A DNA stretch of 46,671 nucleotides, from the NCBI GenBank assembly GCA_030877765.1, contig GCA_030877765.1_4853.1. One strand, written 5' to 3'. Source of the stretch: a phage. A program made the translations under genes and the position numbers. Below the pieces are notes generated by a model. It was given only the letters and a program-made list of their open reading frames with translations. It had not been told where the DNA came from and made no database searches. Positions 26,027-36,624 of this stretch are shown here, piece after piece (the stretch's first letter is position 1; every line of letters begins with the position of its first letter).

Positions 26027-26363
26027 GCATAAATCCGGCAGAACTCTGTTTGTAACATCGGATGAGTTTATTGCCAATAACCGTAGAAAGATGGGCTGGA
26101 TAGTAGAGGAAGTGAAGATGACGAGTAGAGAGCAGTTTGAGCTCCAATGCAGAAATGGGTTGATCAATGGCGGATTAGCAGTGTTTGAAAATGGTGTTTA
26201 CGCTTCCGAATTAACAAGAGCTGTCTGGGCTGGATGGAAAGCATCGCGCGCAGCAATTGAAATTGAATTGCCAGAGGAAGAAAGTTTGGGATGCCACGCT
26301 ATTTACTATGCAGAAGATGTTATTGAGGCAATTGAACAATCAGGCTTAAAGGTGAAAAAATGA
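26010..26363 (+). CDS. Hypothetical protein (117 aa)
   Basis: Track ORF. Confidence 0.5.
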   Translation: MKWAIKHKSGRTLFVTSDEFIANNRRKMGWIVEEVKMTSREQFELQCRNGLINGGLAVFENGVYASELTRAVWAGWKASRAAIEIELPEEESLGCHAIYYAEDVIEAIEQSGLKVKK

Positions 26364-26686
26364 TTATCCAACTAAACGACATTATGAAAGCAGACATCAT
26401 TCAGCTTGAAGATTATGACGTGCAACTGGCGTTTGAAATCGAAACAGTTGAGCGTCAGCTGCAGTATGCTGATAAGAAGAATGATCGTGTCTGGCACGAG
26501 AAAGCACTTAAGGCGCGCGACCACATGAAACGCACGCGAGCGCTTATCAAAACGCGACTCGACAAGCTGTATTTTGGTGAAGAACGCATGTTGCATGGCG
26601 CGATACTGGCGCAAATCCGCAAGGAAATGCCAATTGGCAAGTTTATGTCATACGTTCACCGCGCAAAGCAGGAGGCCGGGTTATGA
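26360..26686 (+). CDS. Hypothetical protein (108 aa)
   Basis: ATGA-coupled to the upstream gene. Confidence 0.5.
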   Translation: MIIQLNDIMKADIIQLEDYDVQLAFEIETVERQLQYADKKNDRVWHEKALKARDHMKRTRALIKTRLDKLYFGEERMLHGAILAQIRKEMPIGKFMSYVHRAKQEAGL

Positions 26687-26871
26687 GCGAACCAAAATTT
26701 CCAGAGCTGCCTGTTGAGGTTCAGGTTGCATTGATCAATGCGGCAAGTGCAATGGCGACAAAGAAGATTGAGGCAATAGGCAGTGATTACAACAGGAGCA
26801 TAGACTGGTTTCAGAGGGAGTATCAAAAAATCTGCGACGCACTCTACAAAGAAAACAGAGGTAGATCATGA
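26683..26871 (+). CDS. Hypothetical protein (62 aa)
   Basis: ATGA-coupled. Confidence 0.45.
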   Translation: MSEPKFPELPVEVQVALINAASAMATKKIEAIGSDYNRSIDWFQREYQKICDALYKENRGRS

Positions 26872-27034
26872 TTTCATTGCTTTGGATATTATCAGCATAT
26901 GCATTTGCGAGAGTATTTGAGGCCGACACTCTGTACCAGATGATTTGCTATGGCGCTCTGTTCTGTCTCTCTGGTGCTGCGCTCGCATTCATTGATGATG
27001 TGATTTCAGAATAACTCAGTATATCTTTTGTTCA

Positions 27035-27050
27035 TCATGGGCTGCTATAA
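27035..27050 (+). promoter_or_regulatory. Extended -10 promoter (TGcTATAAT) ahead of the capsid module
   Basis: GGGCTGCTATAATTTAAT within an inverted repeat; same TGCTATAAT as at 17178. Confidence 0.4.
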
Positions 27051-27208
27051 TTTAATCAGGAGGTAGCCCATGAACACAATCCCTATCACCTACTTTCTCA
27101 CGCTATACGCACTCACCAATTCGCCATTGTTTGCACTGGCTACCGCCTCGTGGTGCTATATCTCCCTGTGTTATAATTCGACCACAAACTAACCGTGGAG
27201 AGTTAACC

Positions 27209-29091
<1,883 letters not shown>

Positions 29092-29102
29092 GGAGCCGAA
29101 TA

Positions 29103-30176
29103 ATGGAAAAGATTATTTTTACCAAAGACTTGGTAGCCAACTCCGCAGTGGTGGCTGACCAGTGGAAACATCTCACCATCGACCGCAAGGTGTTCTGCAA
29201 TGCAGAAGCTGAACTGGCGAAAACATACGGTGTTAACGCCACCGCGCTGGTAACGAAAGATTACTGGCGCGACGTGGATAACGTCACCACCCGTGTTTTC
29301 CGCAACGAAGCTGGCCAGGACATGATGGCTGACCTGATGGGTATCGCGGCAAACATTAACATTGGTAAGACTGTGGCAATCAGCCGCATTGCTTCCGATG
29401 CTGGCAAGGTAGTCCGCACTCTGTCTGGTCAGGAGCCGGAAGACTTGGATAAAACTCGCTACGATTACACTGGCGACGTGATTCCAATCTTCAAAACTGG
29501 CTACAGCCGCGAATGGCGCGAACTGCTGGGTATGCAGTCTGAAGGTTTTGACCCCCTGCTGGACGATCAGGCTAACGTCACCTTTAACCTACGTTCCGAC
29601 ATGGCGCAGTATCTGCTGACCGGCGACCAGACTCTGAACGTGAACGGCGTTTACACTGGCTACGGTATCACCAACCACCCGAACACCATTCAGGTCAACC
29701 TGAACATTCACGATGGCGGCCTGAATATCGACCTGCAAACCGCAACGCCAGATGAAATCGTGAAATTCTTCAATCAGGATTTCCAGGCTATTCTGGATGC
29801 GCAGAACGTATTTGAGCAGGTGACTCTGTGGGTTTCCCCGGCAGTGCGTCGCAGTTTCATGCGTCCGTATTCTAATGCGGCTGGCTTCAAAGGCGGCACG
29901 GTTGAGCAGTACATCACGCAGTTCGGTAATGGTCGCATTGGTAAGATTGGCACCAACTTCCTGCTGACTGGCAACCATTTCGTTGGTTACGTTCGCAATG
30001 ACATGTACATCCGTCCGCGTGTTGCTCAGCCTGTCTCCACCTATGCGGCAGCTCGCACCAACCCGCACGATAACTTTAACTTCCTCGTATGGTCTGCTTT
30101 CGGTCTGCAGATTCGCAAGGATGCCGCTGGAAAAAGCCGCGTCTTTAATGGCTATGGTAGCCAGGAAGCTAAATAA
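29103..30176 (+). CDS. Major capsid protein
   Basis: 357 aa, strong RBS, followed by a strong terminator; lambda E-like position and size. Confidence 0.65.
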   Translation: MEKIIFTKDLVANSAVVADQWKHLTIDRKVFCNAEAELAKTYGVNATALVTKDYWRDVDNVTTRVFRNEAGQDMMADLMGIAANINIGKTVAISRIASDAGKVVRTLSGQEPEDLDKTRYDYTGDVIPIFKTGYSREWRELLGMQSEGFDPLLDDQANVTFNLRSDMAQYLLTGDQTLNVNGVYTGYGITNHPNTIQVNLNIHDGGLNIDLQTATPDEIVKFFNQDFQAILDAQNVFEQVTLWVSPAVRRSFMRPYSNAAGFKGGTVEQYITQFGNGRIGKIGTNFLLTGNHFVGYVRNDMYIRPRVAQPVSTYAAARTNPHDNFNFLVWSAFGLQIRKDAAGKSRVFNGYGSQEAK

Positions 30177-30179
30177 TAA

Positions 30180-30205
30180 AAAAGGGGGTTTATCCCCCTT
30201 CTTTG
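30180..30205. terminator. Bidirectional terminator
   Basis: Stem aggggg/ccccct with T-runs on both strands; on the minus strand it overlaps the last codons of 30190-30996. Confidence 0.75.
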
Positions 30206-30996
30206 TATCTAATTTCACCGTAAACCATGTACTGTAACATGTAACAAAACTCCCATTCCGTCATATCTGTCCGTAGCCACTTCCTGTTCTTCTTGTAATT
30301 GTACTCCGCCAGCTCCGCTTTTAAATTGTGAAGAGCATTAACCAGTTCTGGATATACGAGGTTATTCTTAACAAACCAGTTGACAGATAAAATATGGTCA
30401 ATATGCCAATTATTGCGGTCATCAAAACTCATCCATGGAAGCATGGTTGATTTTATATGCTTAATGAAATCATCCTTTGAGTACCCGAGAACATCATCTA
30501 CTGTTCTATCAAGCGCAATGTCAGATACTCTCATATCAAGCCGCTCAAGCATTTTTCTTAGGAACACGTGGTGTGGGTGCTTCTTTTGCCATTGCCTGAC
30601 ATTATCCAGAGCCTTTTTATTGCCTTTCTCTGAGTAGTACCATCTGCGATAAGCTTCCCTTTTCTTTTGTAAAAACTCCTCCTTTTTCTCTGGATTCTCG
30701 TTAAGCCTTTGCATCTTCCTTTTGTTGTACTCCTGTTGTGATTGTTTTCTTTTCTTTTTGTACTCGCTGTTATCCTTGTTTTTCTGCCACTCCTTTTTTC
30801 TGTACTCACTTTCCTTGCGTTTGCGCTCCTCTGTTGTTCTCTGCTTCCTTGTTCTTTCGTATACGCAATGCTTGCATCCGCCTGATGCTGTAAAAAACAC
30901 AGTTCCACCACATACAGAGCATGGAATCCATTCACACACAAATTGCTTCAGTCCAGCAACCCTTGCTTCTTGCGCGGCTTCTTTTCTTGTTTTCAT
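30190..30996 (-). CDS. Zinc-ribbon, Lys/Glu-rich protein with C-terminal HNH-like motif
   Basis: N-terminal CEWIPCSVCGG...CKHC; long KRKE-rich middle; C-terminal NNWHIDHILSVNWF. Confidence 0.5.
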   Translation of the reverse strand: MKTRKEAAQEARVAGLKQFVCEWIPCSVCGGTVFFTASGGCKHCVYERTRKQRTTEERKRKESEYRKKEWQKNKDNSEYKKKRKQSQQEYNKRKMQRLNENPEKKEEFLQKKREAYRRWYYSEKGNKKALDNVRQWQKKHPHHVFLRKMLERLDMRVSDIALDRTVDDVLGYSKDDFIKHIKSTMLPWMSFDDRNNWHIDHILSVNWFVKNNLVYPELVNALHNLKAELAEYNYKKNRKWLRTDMTEWEFCYMLQYMVYGEIRYKEGG

Positions 30997-31082
30997 AAAG
31001 TCACTCCTAATTTGGTTTTATATTACCACGAGTGTAACTAGTGTGCTACAATTAACCAGCATTAACTCATGAGGATATTTAA

Positions 31083-31280
31083 ATGGCTAAATACGAAGTG
31101 ATTGCGCGAGGCATCTTTGTCAAAGAAAAAGGCAAGATTCGTGAGTTGCAGCTTGGCGAGGTGATTACCGAACCTGCTGATCATCTGATGTCAAAGCTGC
31201 GCGTTATGCCAGAACTGGAAAAATCTTTCGAAGTCGCAACCCCGCAAGAAAAGACGACAAAGAAAAAGAAAGCAGAGTAA
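31083..31280 (+). CDS. Hypothetical protein (65 aa)
   Basis: Track ORF followed by a terminator. Confidence 0.45.
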   Translation: MAKYEVIARGIFVKEKGKIRELQLGEVITEPADHLMSKLRVMPELEKSFEVATPQEKTTKKKKAE

Positions 31281-31284
31281 ACTG

Positions 31285-31310
31285 AACCCGCATAATGCGG
31301 GTTTTTTATT
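31285..31310 (+). terminator. Rho-independent terminator
   Basis: Stem cccgc/gcggg, 5-nt loop, TTTTTTATT. Confidence 0.75.
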
Positions 31311-31320
31311 GGGGGTTTCT

Positions 31321-32139
31321 ATGGCTGTCAGGTACGAAATAAACACAACTCCGGCTGACGGAGAGGTTTTGCTTAGCGAAACCATGTCTGCGGACTGGTC
31401 AGCATTACAGGTGCAGATTGTGCCGCTAAATTCTTCCGGTGGCTATGTGCCATTAACAAGCGGGTCTGTTTACGTAATGGTATCGCCGTTTGCGTCTGGT
31501 GATTTCTGGATTGACGTCAACAATAATAATTATTATGGCGTAGCGCTGCGGCTGAAGGTGATCAAGTCCCAAATACCTGCTGGCATTGCATCTCTGAAAG
31601 TCCTTGTATGGCGAGCAGCTACATCAGTGCCATCAAGTCAGGTTGTGGCACAGTCCTATGCAGAGTTTGCTAACAAGCAAGGGAAGTTATTCACTGCGTC
31701 GCGCAGAGTAACTGATGTCGCTGGCAGCTCAAACCTTGACAGCATATTTATCACCGGAACAAAGCAGGTGATATTCAACCAGCGCATTATTGGTTACACG
31801 GGGAAAGGTGTTGTTGCATCAATCTATCGCGGCGCAGTTGCCACTGGCGGTACGACGGCAGAGATTAACAACCCAAACGACATAACGCCACAAGCAGCTA
31901 CGGCGCAGTTAATTACTGGCGCTACCGTGACAAACATCGGGCAGCTGACGGTGGCGGCAACATACAGTGAGGGTAACGCATCGAATCAGGGGCAGGGTAA
32001 CTCGCAGGCGAAGCTCGGCGAGCAGATTATCATGGCACCGAATACGACGTACTTACTTCGCATAACATCACTAGATACTGCGGCGCAGAATATCAATGCG
32101 TACGTTTCATGGTTTGAGGATGATACTTATCTGGCGTGA
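31321..32139 (+). CDS. Hypothetical (probably virion-associated) Thr/Ala/Gly-rich protein
   Basis: 273 aa from MAVRYEIN; flanked by terminators on both sides. Confidence 0.5.
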   Translation: MAVRYEINTTPADGEVLLSETMSADWSALQVQIVPLNSSGGYVPLTSGSVYVMVSPFASGDFWIDVNNNNYYGVALRLKVIKSQIPAGIASLKVLVWRAATSVPSSQVVAQSYAEFANKQGKLFTASRRVTDVAGSSNLDSIFITGTKQVIFNQRIIGYTGKGVVASIYRGAVATGGTTAEINNPNDITPQAATAQLITGATVTNIGQLTVAATYSEGNASNQGQGNSQAKLGEQIIMAPNTTYLLRITSLDTAAQNINAYVSWFEDDTYLA

Positions 32140-32145
32140 TAAAAG

Positions 32146-32170
32146 AAAAGCCCCGCAAGGGGCTTTTTAT
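32146..32170. terminator. Bidirectional terminator
   Basis: Stem agcccc/ggggct with gcaa loop; T-runs on both strands. Confidence 0.8.
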
Positions 32171-32172
32171 TG

Positions 32173-32709
32173 CTACAGACGCATAGGCATAACAACAATC
32201 TTCGCAGTCTCTCCAGATGGCGCACTAAGACAGCAAACAGCGGCATCTGTGTTTCCATTTAGTTCAAATTTAACGCAACAGAATCTTGGGTTAAACAGCT
32301 TTGCCACCTTCTCGATATCAACAAGGTAGCCAGCATTGAAGCCAATTTTCTCTGCAGGCAAGGTCTGATTCGGAATGACGCGATCAATATCAGGGAATCG
32401 ACCATCAATCTCTTCGCAGATACCTGCTCCAACCATCGCGCCGGCTTCATCATGATACGTTGCAATTTTCGACTTTGTATCAATGATGGCGTGCTCATAA
32501 CGCTTTGTTGGTGACTTGCCAATCTTGATGATTACATTTTCTGTCAGCTTATTGTCATGGTTGCCACCAATAAATGCGCGATGACCGTCAGTTGAGGCAA
32601 TGCGACCATCTTGCATAAAGCAAATACCATTCAGGTAGTAGCGCACATCATTGCGAGCCTGAAAGATTAATGCTGATTCAAGTAATAATTTGCTGATTTT
32701 TAGTTTCAT
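32173..32709 (-). CDS. Truncated DnaN-like sliding clamp (beta-clamp) fragment
   Basis: Blocks shared with E. coli DnaN as recalled: DVRYYLNG, TDGHR, DGRFPD, IGFN..Y.LD, C-terminal VVMPMRL. At 178 aa it is about half of a full clamp. Confidence 0.7.
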   Translation of the reverse strand: MKLKISKLLLESALIFQARNDVRYYLNGICFMQDGRIASTDGHRAFIGGNHDNKLTENVIIKIGKSPTKRYEHAIIDTKSKIATYHDEAGAMVGAGICEEIDGRFPDIDRVIPNQTLPAEKIGFNAGYLVDIEKVAKLFNPRFCCVKFELNGNTDAAVCCLSAPSGETAKIVVMPMRL

Positions 32710-32882
32710 CACTTCACCTTAATCATGTGTTGTTTTGCAACCTTCAGGCATTCTTCAAAAATGCCACCATTCTTTGCGCTCTGATTGCGCTTGTAATACT
32801 GAATTGCCGCATCAATTGCCATCTGGTCGATTTCAGGCAGTTTTGCGCGCAGCTGTTTTTCGATGAATTGTTCGGCGTTCAT
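32709..32882 (-). CDS. Small protein (57 aa)
   Basis: ATG 32882; stop overlaps the clamp-fragment start (TGATG); below track cutoff. Confidence 0.3.
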   Translation of the reverse strand: MNAEQFIEKQLRAKLPEIDQMAIDAAIQYYKRNQSAKNGGIFEECLKVAKQHMIKVK

Positions 32883-32967
32883 TTTTCAACCTATTTGCAG
32901 TATGGGCACGTTGATTTCGTTCCGCTACCACCATGTCGTGGGCAACATATTTTCTCTATTGGTGTCA

Positions 32968-33777
32968 TCACATCTTCTCCAGAATTGCCATAACCTCGTG
33001 AATGTCAGCAACAGGAATCTGAATAAATTCCTCATCCTCTGCCACCACATGACCAGCAGGGAGAATTACATGGTCAGCTGGCTTCAGTAACTCAATCAGG
33101 CGGTCTACTGGCTTAATCTTTTTCGACTTCAGCACTTTGGCTGTGACCTTATCCTTGCCTTGCGCCTTCGCTTCTTCGACCGCTTCGTCGATAACTTTTA
33201 CCGCATCATCTCCATGTTCGCGCGTTACCGCTACGGCATTTGCATAGCTGATCTGTCCGGCACTGATTCGCGCTTTTACTTCCGCAGGCACATCACCCAA
33301 CGACAGGTGCATTTGCACGTCAGATACTGAGCGGCCTACCTTCTTGGCGATTTCCTCGTTTGTCCAGCCAAAACCTTTCAGACGCGTGTAAGCCTTTGCG
33401 CGTTCAAACGGGTCAAGTTGCTTGCCCTGACTTGATGACACCATGAATGCGATTTTGTCAGCCTCGTCGCCAGTAAAATCCTTACACTCAATGCGAACGA
33501 TTGGTGCGCCGCGCTCAATGGCTCGCAATGCGCCGAGGTAGCGATGCTGCCCATCAAGAATGCGGATACCTTTATCGTCAGGAATAACTGTTAATGCTGG
33601 CAATGGCTGACCTGACTCCCAGCACTGCGCGAAATATTCCACATGCTGCTCATCTGCTTCACGGATGTTGTATCCCGGCTCCAGATAGATTTGCTCTACT
33701 GGCACGAGGTAGGTTTTGTTAACAGCGATACCGTTACGCGTTTCTTTGTCTGAATAGATTTTGCTTAGTGTTTTCAT
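32968..33777 (-). CDS. ParB N-terminal domain (ParB/Srx-like) nuclease-type protein
   Basis: ILDGQHRYLGALRA motif; central HTH-like segment (EEIAKKVGRSVSDVQ). Confidence 0.7.
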   Translation of the reverse strand: MKTLSKIYSDKETRNGIAVNKTYLVPVEQIYLEPGYNIREADEQHVEYFAQCWESGQPLPALTVIPDDKGIRILDGQHRYLGALRAIERGAPIVRIECKDFTGDEADKIAFMVSSSQGKQLDPFERAKAYTRLKGFGWTNEEIAKKVGRSVSDVQMHLSLGDVPAEVKARISAGQISYANAVAVTREHGDDAVKVIDEAVEEAKAQGKDKVTAKVLKSKKIKPVDRLIELLKPADHVILPAGHVVAEDEEFIQIPVADIHEVMAILEKM

Positions 33778-34118
33778 TATTTCTTTCCTAATGCTTTATT
33801 GATAGATTCTTCAGCTAACAGCAATTCATCTGGGTATTGTTCATTCCAGTTTTGTTTGTATGCCTTGCTAAGCATTTTTTGCAGAGCTTCAAGCAACTCA
33901 GGTGCTGCTGCCATTAAATTAAAGTCATGCTCAACACTGCTATCAATCTCCCAATGCATCCCGTTGTATTTAGCACCCTTGCTAGAGAAGGCAATATTTC
34001 TGTCATCGTCGTGGTGACAGCCAGGTGTGTCATCAGTTCGACAAGACGGGTAAATAGCTGCGCAACCCCCGCGAATGTCTGCGACCCACGGCCCGGGCGT
34101 ACCTTTAAATTCTTTCAT
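33777..34118 (-). CDS. KEFKGT-motif protein, paralog B
   Basis: MKEFKGTPGPW...AAAPELLEALQ...INKALGKK; the RBS-start context GAGGTGATGAAAATGAAAGAATTTAAAGGTACG is shared with paralog A. Confidence 0.6.
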   Translation of the reverse strand: MKEFKGTPGPWVADIRGGCAAIYPSCRTDDTPGCHHDDDRNIAFSSKGAKYNGMHWEIDSSVEHDFNLMAAAPELLEALQKMLSKAYKQNWNEQYPDELLLAEESINKALGKK

Positions 34119-34159
34119 TTTCATCACCTCTAATATTTATTGTTGTTTCTACGTCACTA

Positions 34160-34205
34160 ACTATAAACGCACCACCAATCTACGTCAACAGGAATATGCT
34201 AAAAT
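34160..34205. promoter_or_regulatory. Divergent promoter pair (duplicate of 20932-20977)
   Basis: Minus strand TTGACG, 17 bp, TATAGT; plus strand extended -10 TGcTAAAAT. Confidence 0.6.
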
Positions 34206-34235
34206 CATGCTAATCAAACAACAGGAGATTTAAAC

Positions 34236-34355
34236 ATGGGTTCAACCAACTCACCATCTCGTTCGCGCGCTACTGGCAACACAAAAACTGGCGGCAAAAC
34301 TGGCGTGGTGAAGCCAAACGGCTCTACCCGTTCACCATCGCGCGGTAAAAAATAA
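34236..34355 (+). CDS. Small basic Ser/Gly/Arg/Lys-rich protein (39 aa)
   Basis: AGGAG RBS, ATG 34236; stop overlaps the next ATG. Confidence 0.35.
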   Translation: MGSTNSPSRSRATGNTKTGGKTGVVKPNGSTRSPSRGKK

Positions 34356-34783
34356 TGTTCGGCGCAGATGTTGCCATCATGATCATGTATGTGCTTGGAT
34401 TTGCCTGCACGGGCATGGTTGCGTTTCTGGTGTTCATTCCGGCAATGGTGATGTCTGTGTATCTTGGATGGGTGCTTGTTGATTCATTTCCCGCCGAATA
34501 TCTGTATTACCTTGCGCAGTGTATGGTCGGGTTGTTTCCGGCTATTGCGCTGCGTAAAAGTACAAAGATGGCGCTCTGCGTGCTGACGATGAGCCTTTAC
34601 GAATGGCTGGTTGCGATAGAGTCATTCGTATGGGAATTTATCACGCCTGTAGAAACGCCGCTTCATGCGCAGTACGCATTTATTATTATCGGCATCCATC
34701 TGTTCATCCTTTTCATCACTTTTAAATGGGGCGGCGAAATTGGACGTTATTCTTGGCGTGGTTGCCATCGTTTTTTTCGCTGA
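34355..34783 (+). CDS. Polytopic membrane protein (about 4 TM)
   Basis: Four hydrophobic helices. Confidence 0.5.
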   Translation: MFGADVAIMIMYVLGFACTGMVAFLVFIPAMVMSVYLGWVLVDSFPAEYLYYLAQCMVGLFPAIALRKSTKMALCVLTMSLYEWLVAIESFVWEFITPVETPLHAQYAFIIIGIHLFILFITFKWGGEIGRYSWRGCHRFFR

Positions 34784-34828
34784 TTCAAATCTATAAGTGC
34801 TGGAAACATATTATCAGCGAGACTCGCA

Positions 34829-35113
34829 ATGAACGAAACACTAAGACAGGCCACAGAGCAAGTTATAAGCGGGCCGATGGGGCAGGTGATTGACAAGGCT
34901 GGATATGCCTCCATTGGTACTGGTATTGGACTGAAAGTTGCAGAGCAAACGCCTGTCACGCAGTCTTATTTTGAGGCTATGATTCCACACAGTCTGACAG
35001 AGTGGGCGGCAGTAGCGTCAATCCTCGGCGCCCTGTCTCTGGTAATAAAGAACCTCTTTGAAATGTGGTGGAAGGTACGGGAGTCAAAAAAAAATGGCAG
35101 CACCAACACCTGA
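34829..35113 (+). CDS. Hypothetical protein with C-terminal TM helix
   Basis: WAAVASILGALSLVIKNLF hydrophobic segment. Confidence 0.4.
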   Translation: MNETLRQATEQVISGPMGQVIDKAGYASIGTGIGLKVAEQTPVTQSYFEAMIPHSLTEWAAVASILGALSLVIKNLFEMWWKVRESKKNGSTNT

Positions 35114-35486
35114 AGAATTAGTAAGCCAGATGGCATCACGTGGAATGACTATCACCACAACGGATGCGTCTGGTATTCTGTGCCTTGTGGCATCAATCAG
35201 TGAATGCCTTGAGCTGAACTACCCCAATGATGAATGCCGGCAAAATGCGATCATGCTGTGGGCTTCCATCCTGATTAGCGCAAATACCGCAGGGCGCTAC
35301 GTCACCAGTCAGAGCGCACCATCTGGCGCATCGCAATCATTCGCTTATGGCAGCAAGCCGTGGGTGGCGCTATACAATCAGATGAAACTACTGGATACAG
35401 CAGGATGCACTGGCGATTTAGTGGAAGACCCGGACGGCGGCGGCAAGCCGTGGTTTGCGGTTGTGCGTGGGAGTAAATGCAAATGA
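35094..35486 (+). CDS. Putative head-tail connector/adaptor protein
   Basis: 131 aa from MAAPTPEEL; position relative to downstream head-tail joining genes. Confidence 0.4.
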   Translation: MAAPTPEELVSQMASRGMTITTTDASGILCLVASISECLELNYPNDECRQNAIMLWASILISANTAGRYVTSQSAPSGASQSFAYGSKPWVALYNQMKLLDTAGCTGDLVEDPDGGGKPWFAVVRGSKCK

Positions 35487-35824
35487 CTTCACTGGCTAAC
35501 TGGAGCTACACGCAACCATGCACCATCTGGCACAAAAGAGGCACTGACAAGTACGGCAAGCCAACTTTTGACGCGCCAGTGAGCATCATGTGCGATTATG
35601 GCTTTAACGATGATGTATCGACCGATGCGAAAGGCAATGAGATTGTGCAGAAAAATACATTCTGGACAGAATACACTGACGCTAATGTTGGTGATTACAT
35701 CATGATTGGCACGGTGACAGAAGCTGACCCGCTGGCGGCTGGCGCAAATCAGATTCTGAATGTGATTAACTATGGCTCAACTTTCAACAGGTCAGAGCCA
35801 CCTGACTTTGCACTGGTGACATAA
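35477..35824 (+). CDS. Putative head-tail joining protein
   Basis: 115 aa, overlapping start; lambda FII-like position. Confidence 0.45.
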   Translation: MQMTSLANWSYTQPCTIWHKRGTDKYGKPTFDAPVSIMCDYGFNDDVSTDAKGNEIVQKNTFWTEYTDANVGDYIMIGTVTEADPLAAGANQILNVINYGSTFNRSEPPDFALVT

Positions 35825-36222
35825 TGCCAGCGAAATTAAGAGGCGTCCGACAGGCCGTAGAGAGAACATCGCAGATTGTGGATGAGATAATCGCCACGAA
35901 AGCTGTGCGTGCAATTAAGTCAGCGACATACATCATCCGCACCGAATCAGCCACGCTAACGCCAATTGATACATCAACGCTAATTAACAGTCAGTTTGAT
36001 ACCGTGGAAGTTAGCGGAACGCGAATCACTGGCAAGGTTGGCTACTCTGCAAAATATGCACTGTACGTCCACAATGCCAGCGGTAAACTTGCAGGGAAAC
36101 CGCGCAGCAACGGCAACGGCACGTATTGGTCGCCGGGTGGTGAACCACAATTCCTGACCAAAGCAGCGCAACGCACAAAAGACCTTGTTGATAGCGTGAT
36201 TAAGAAGGAGATGACACTCTAA
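35824..36222 (+). CDS. Putative tail completion protein
   Basis: 132 aa; position and size. Confidence 0.45.
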   Translation: MPAKLRGVRQAVERTSQIVDEIIATKAVRAIKSATYIIRTESATLTPIDTSTLINSQFDTVEVSGTRITGKVGYSAKYALYVHNASGKLAGKPRSNGNGTYWSPGGEPQFLTKAAQRTKDLVDSVIKKEMTL

Positions 36223-36596
36223 TGAATATGCTTGAACTGGTTGATGCATATCTTCAGGATGCAGGATTGTACGATGGCTGGACTTCGCAGCTGCAGTTCT
36301 GGAATGACACCGGAGATGGAAGTGAGCAATTTATTGTTCTGCAATCCAACGGTGGCACTCAGGTTATGGATGGCCTCGGCGGTGACTTCTATTTTTCGCT
36401 GTATGTTGTTGGCAAACAAGGCCAATACAATGTTGCTGATGTTGATTCGAAGGCCAATGAGATTATCGAATACATCAAAACACACCCGATTGATTCATGC
36501 GTTAACTACATCCAGTTGCAAGCGCCACTTGGCAGGGCAATGCTGACGGAAGAAAAAAGACCAGTGCATGAACTGCTATTACGTGTTGTGAAATAA
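36222..36596 (+). CDS. Putative tail terminator protein
   Basis: 124 aa; immediately before the major tail region. Confidence 0.45.
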   Translation: MNMLELVDAYLQDAGLYDGWTSQLQFWNDTGDGSEQFIVLQSNGGTQVMDGLGGDFYFSLYVVGKQGQYNVADVDSKANEIIEYIKTHPIDSCVNYIQLQAPLGRAMLTEEKRPVHELLLRVVK

Positions 36597-36597
36597 A

Positions 36598-36624
36598 TAA
36601 AGCCGCATGAAGCGGCTTTTAATT
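36598..36624. terminator. Bidirectional terminator
   Basis: Stem agccgc/gcggct with 5-nt loop; T-runs on both strands. Confidence 0.75.
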
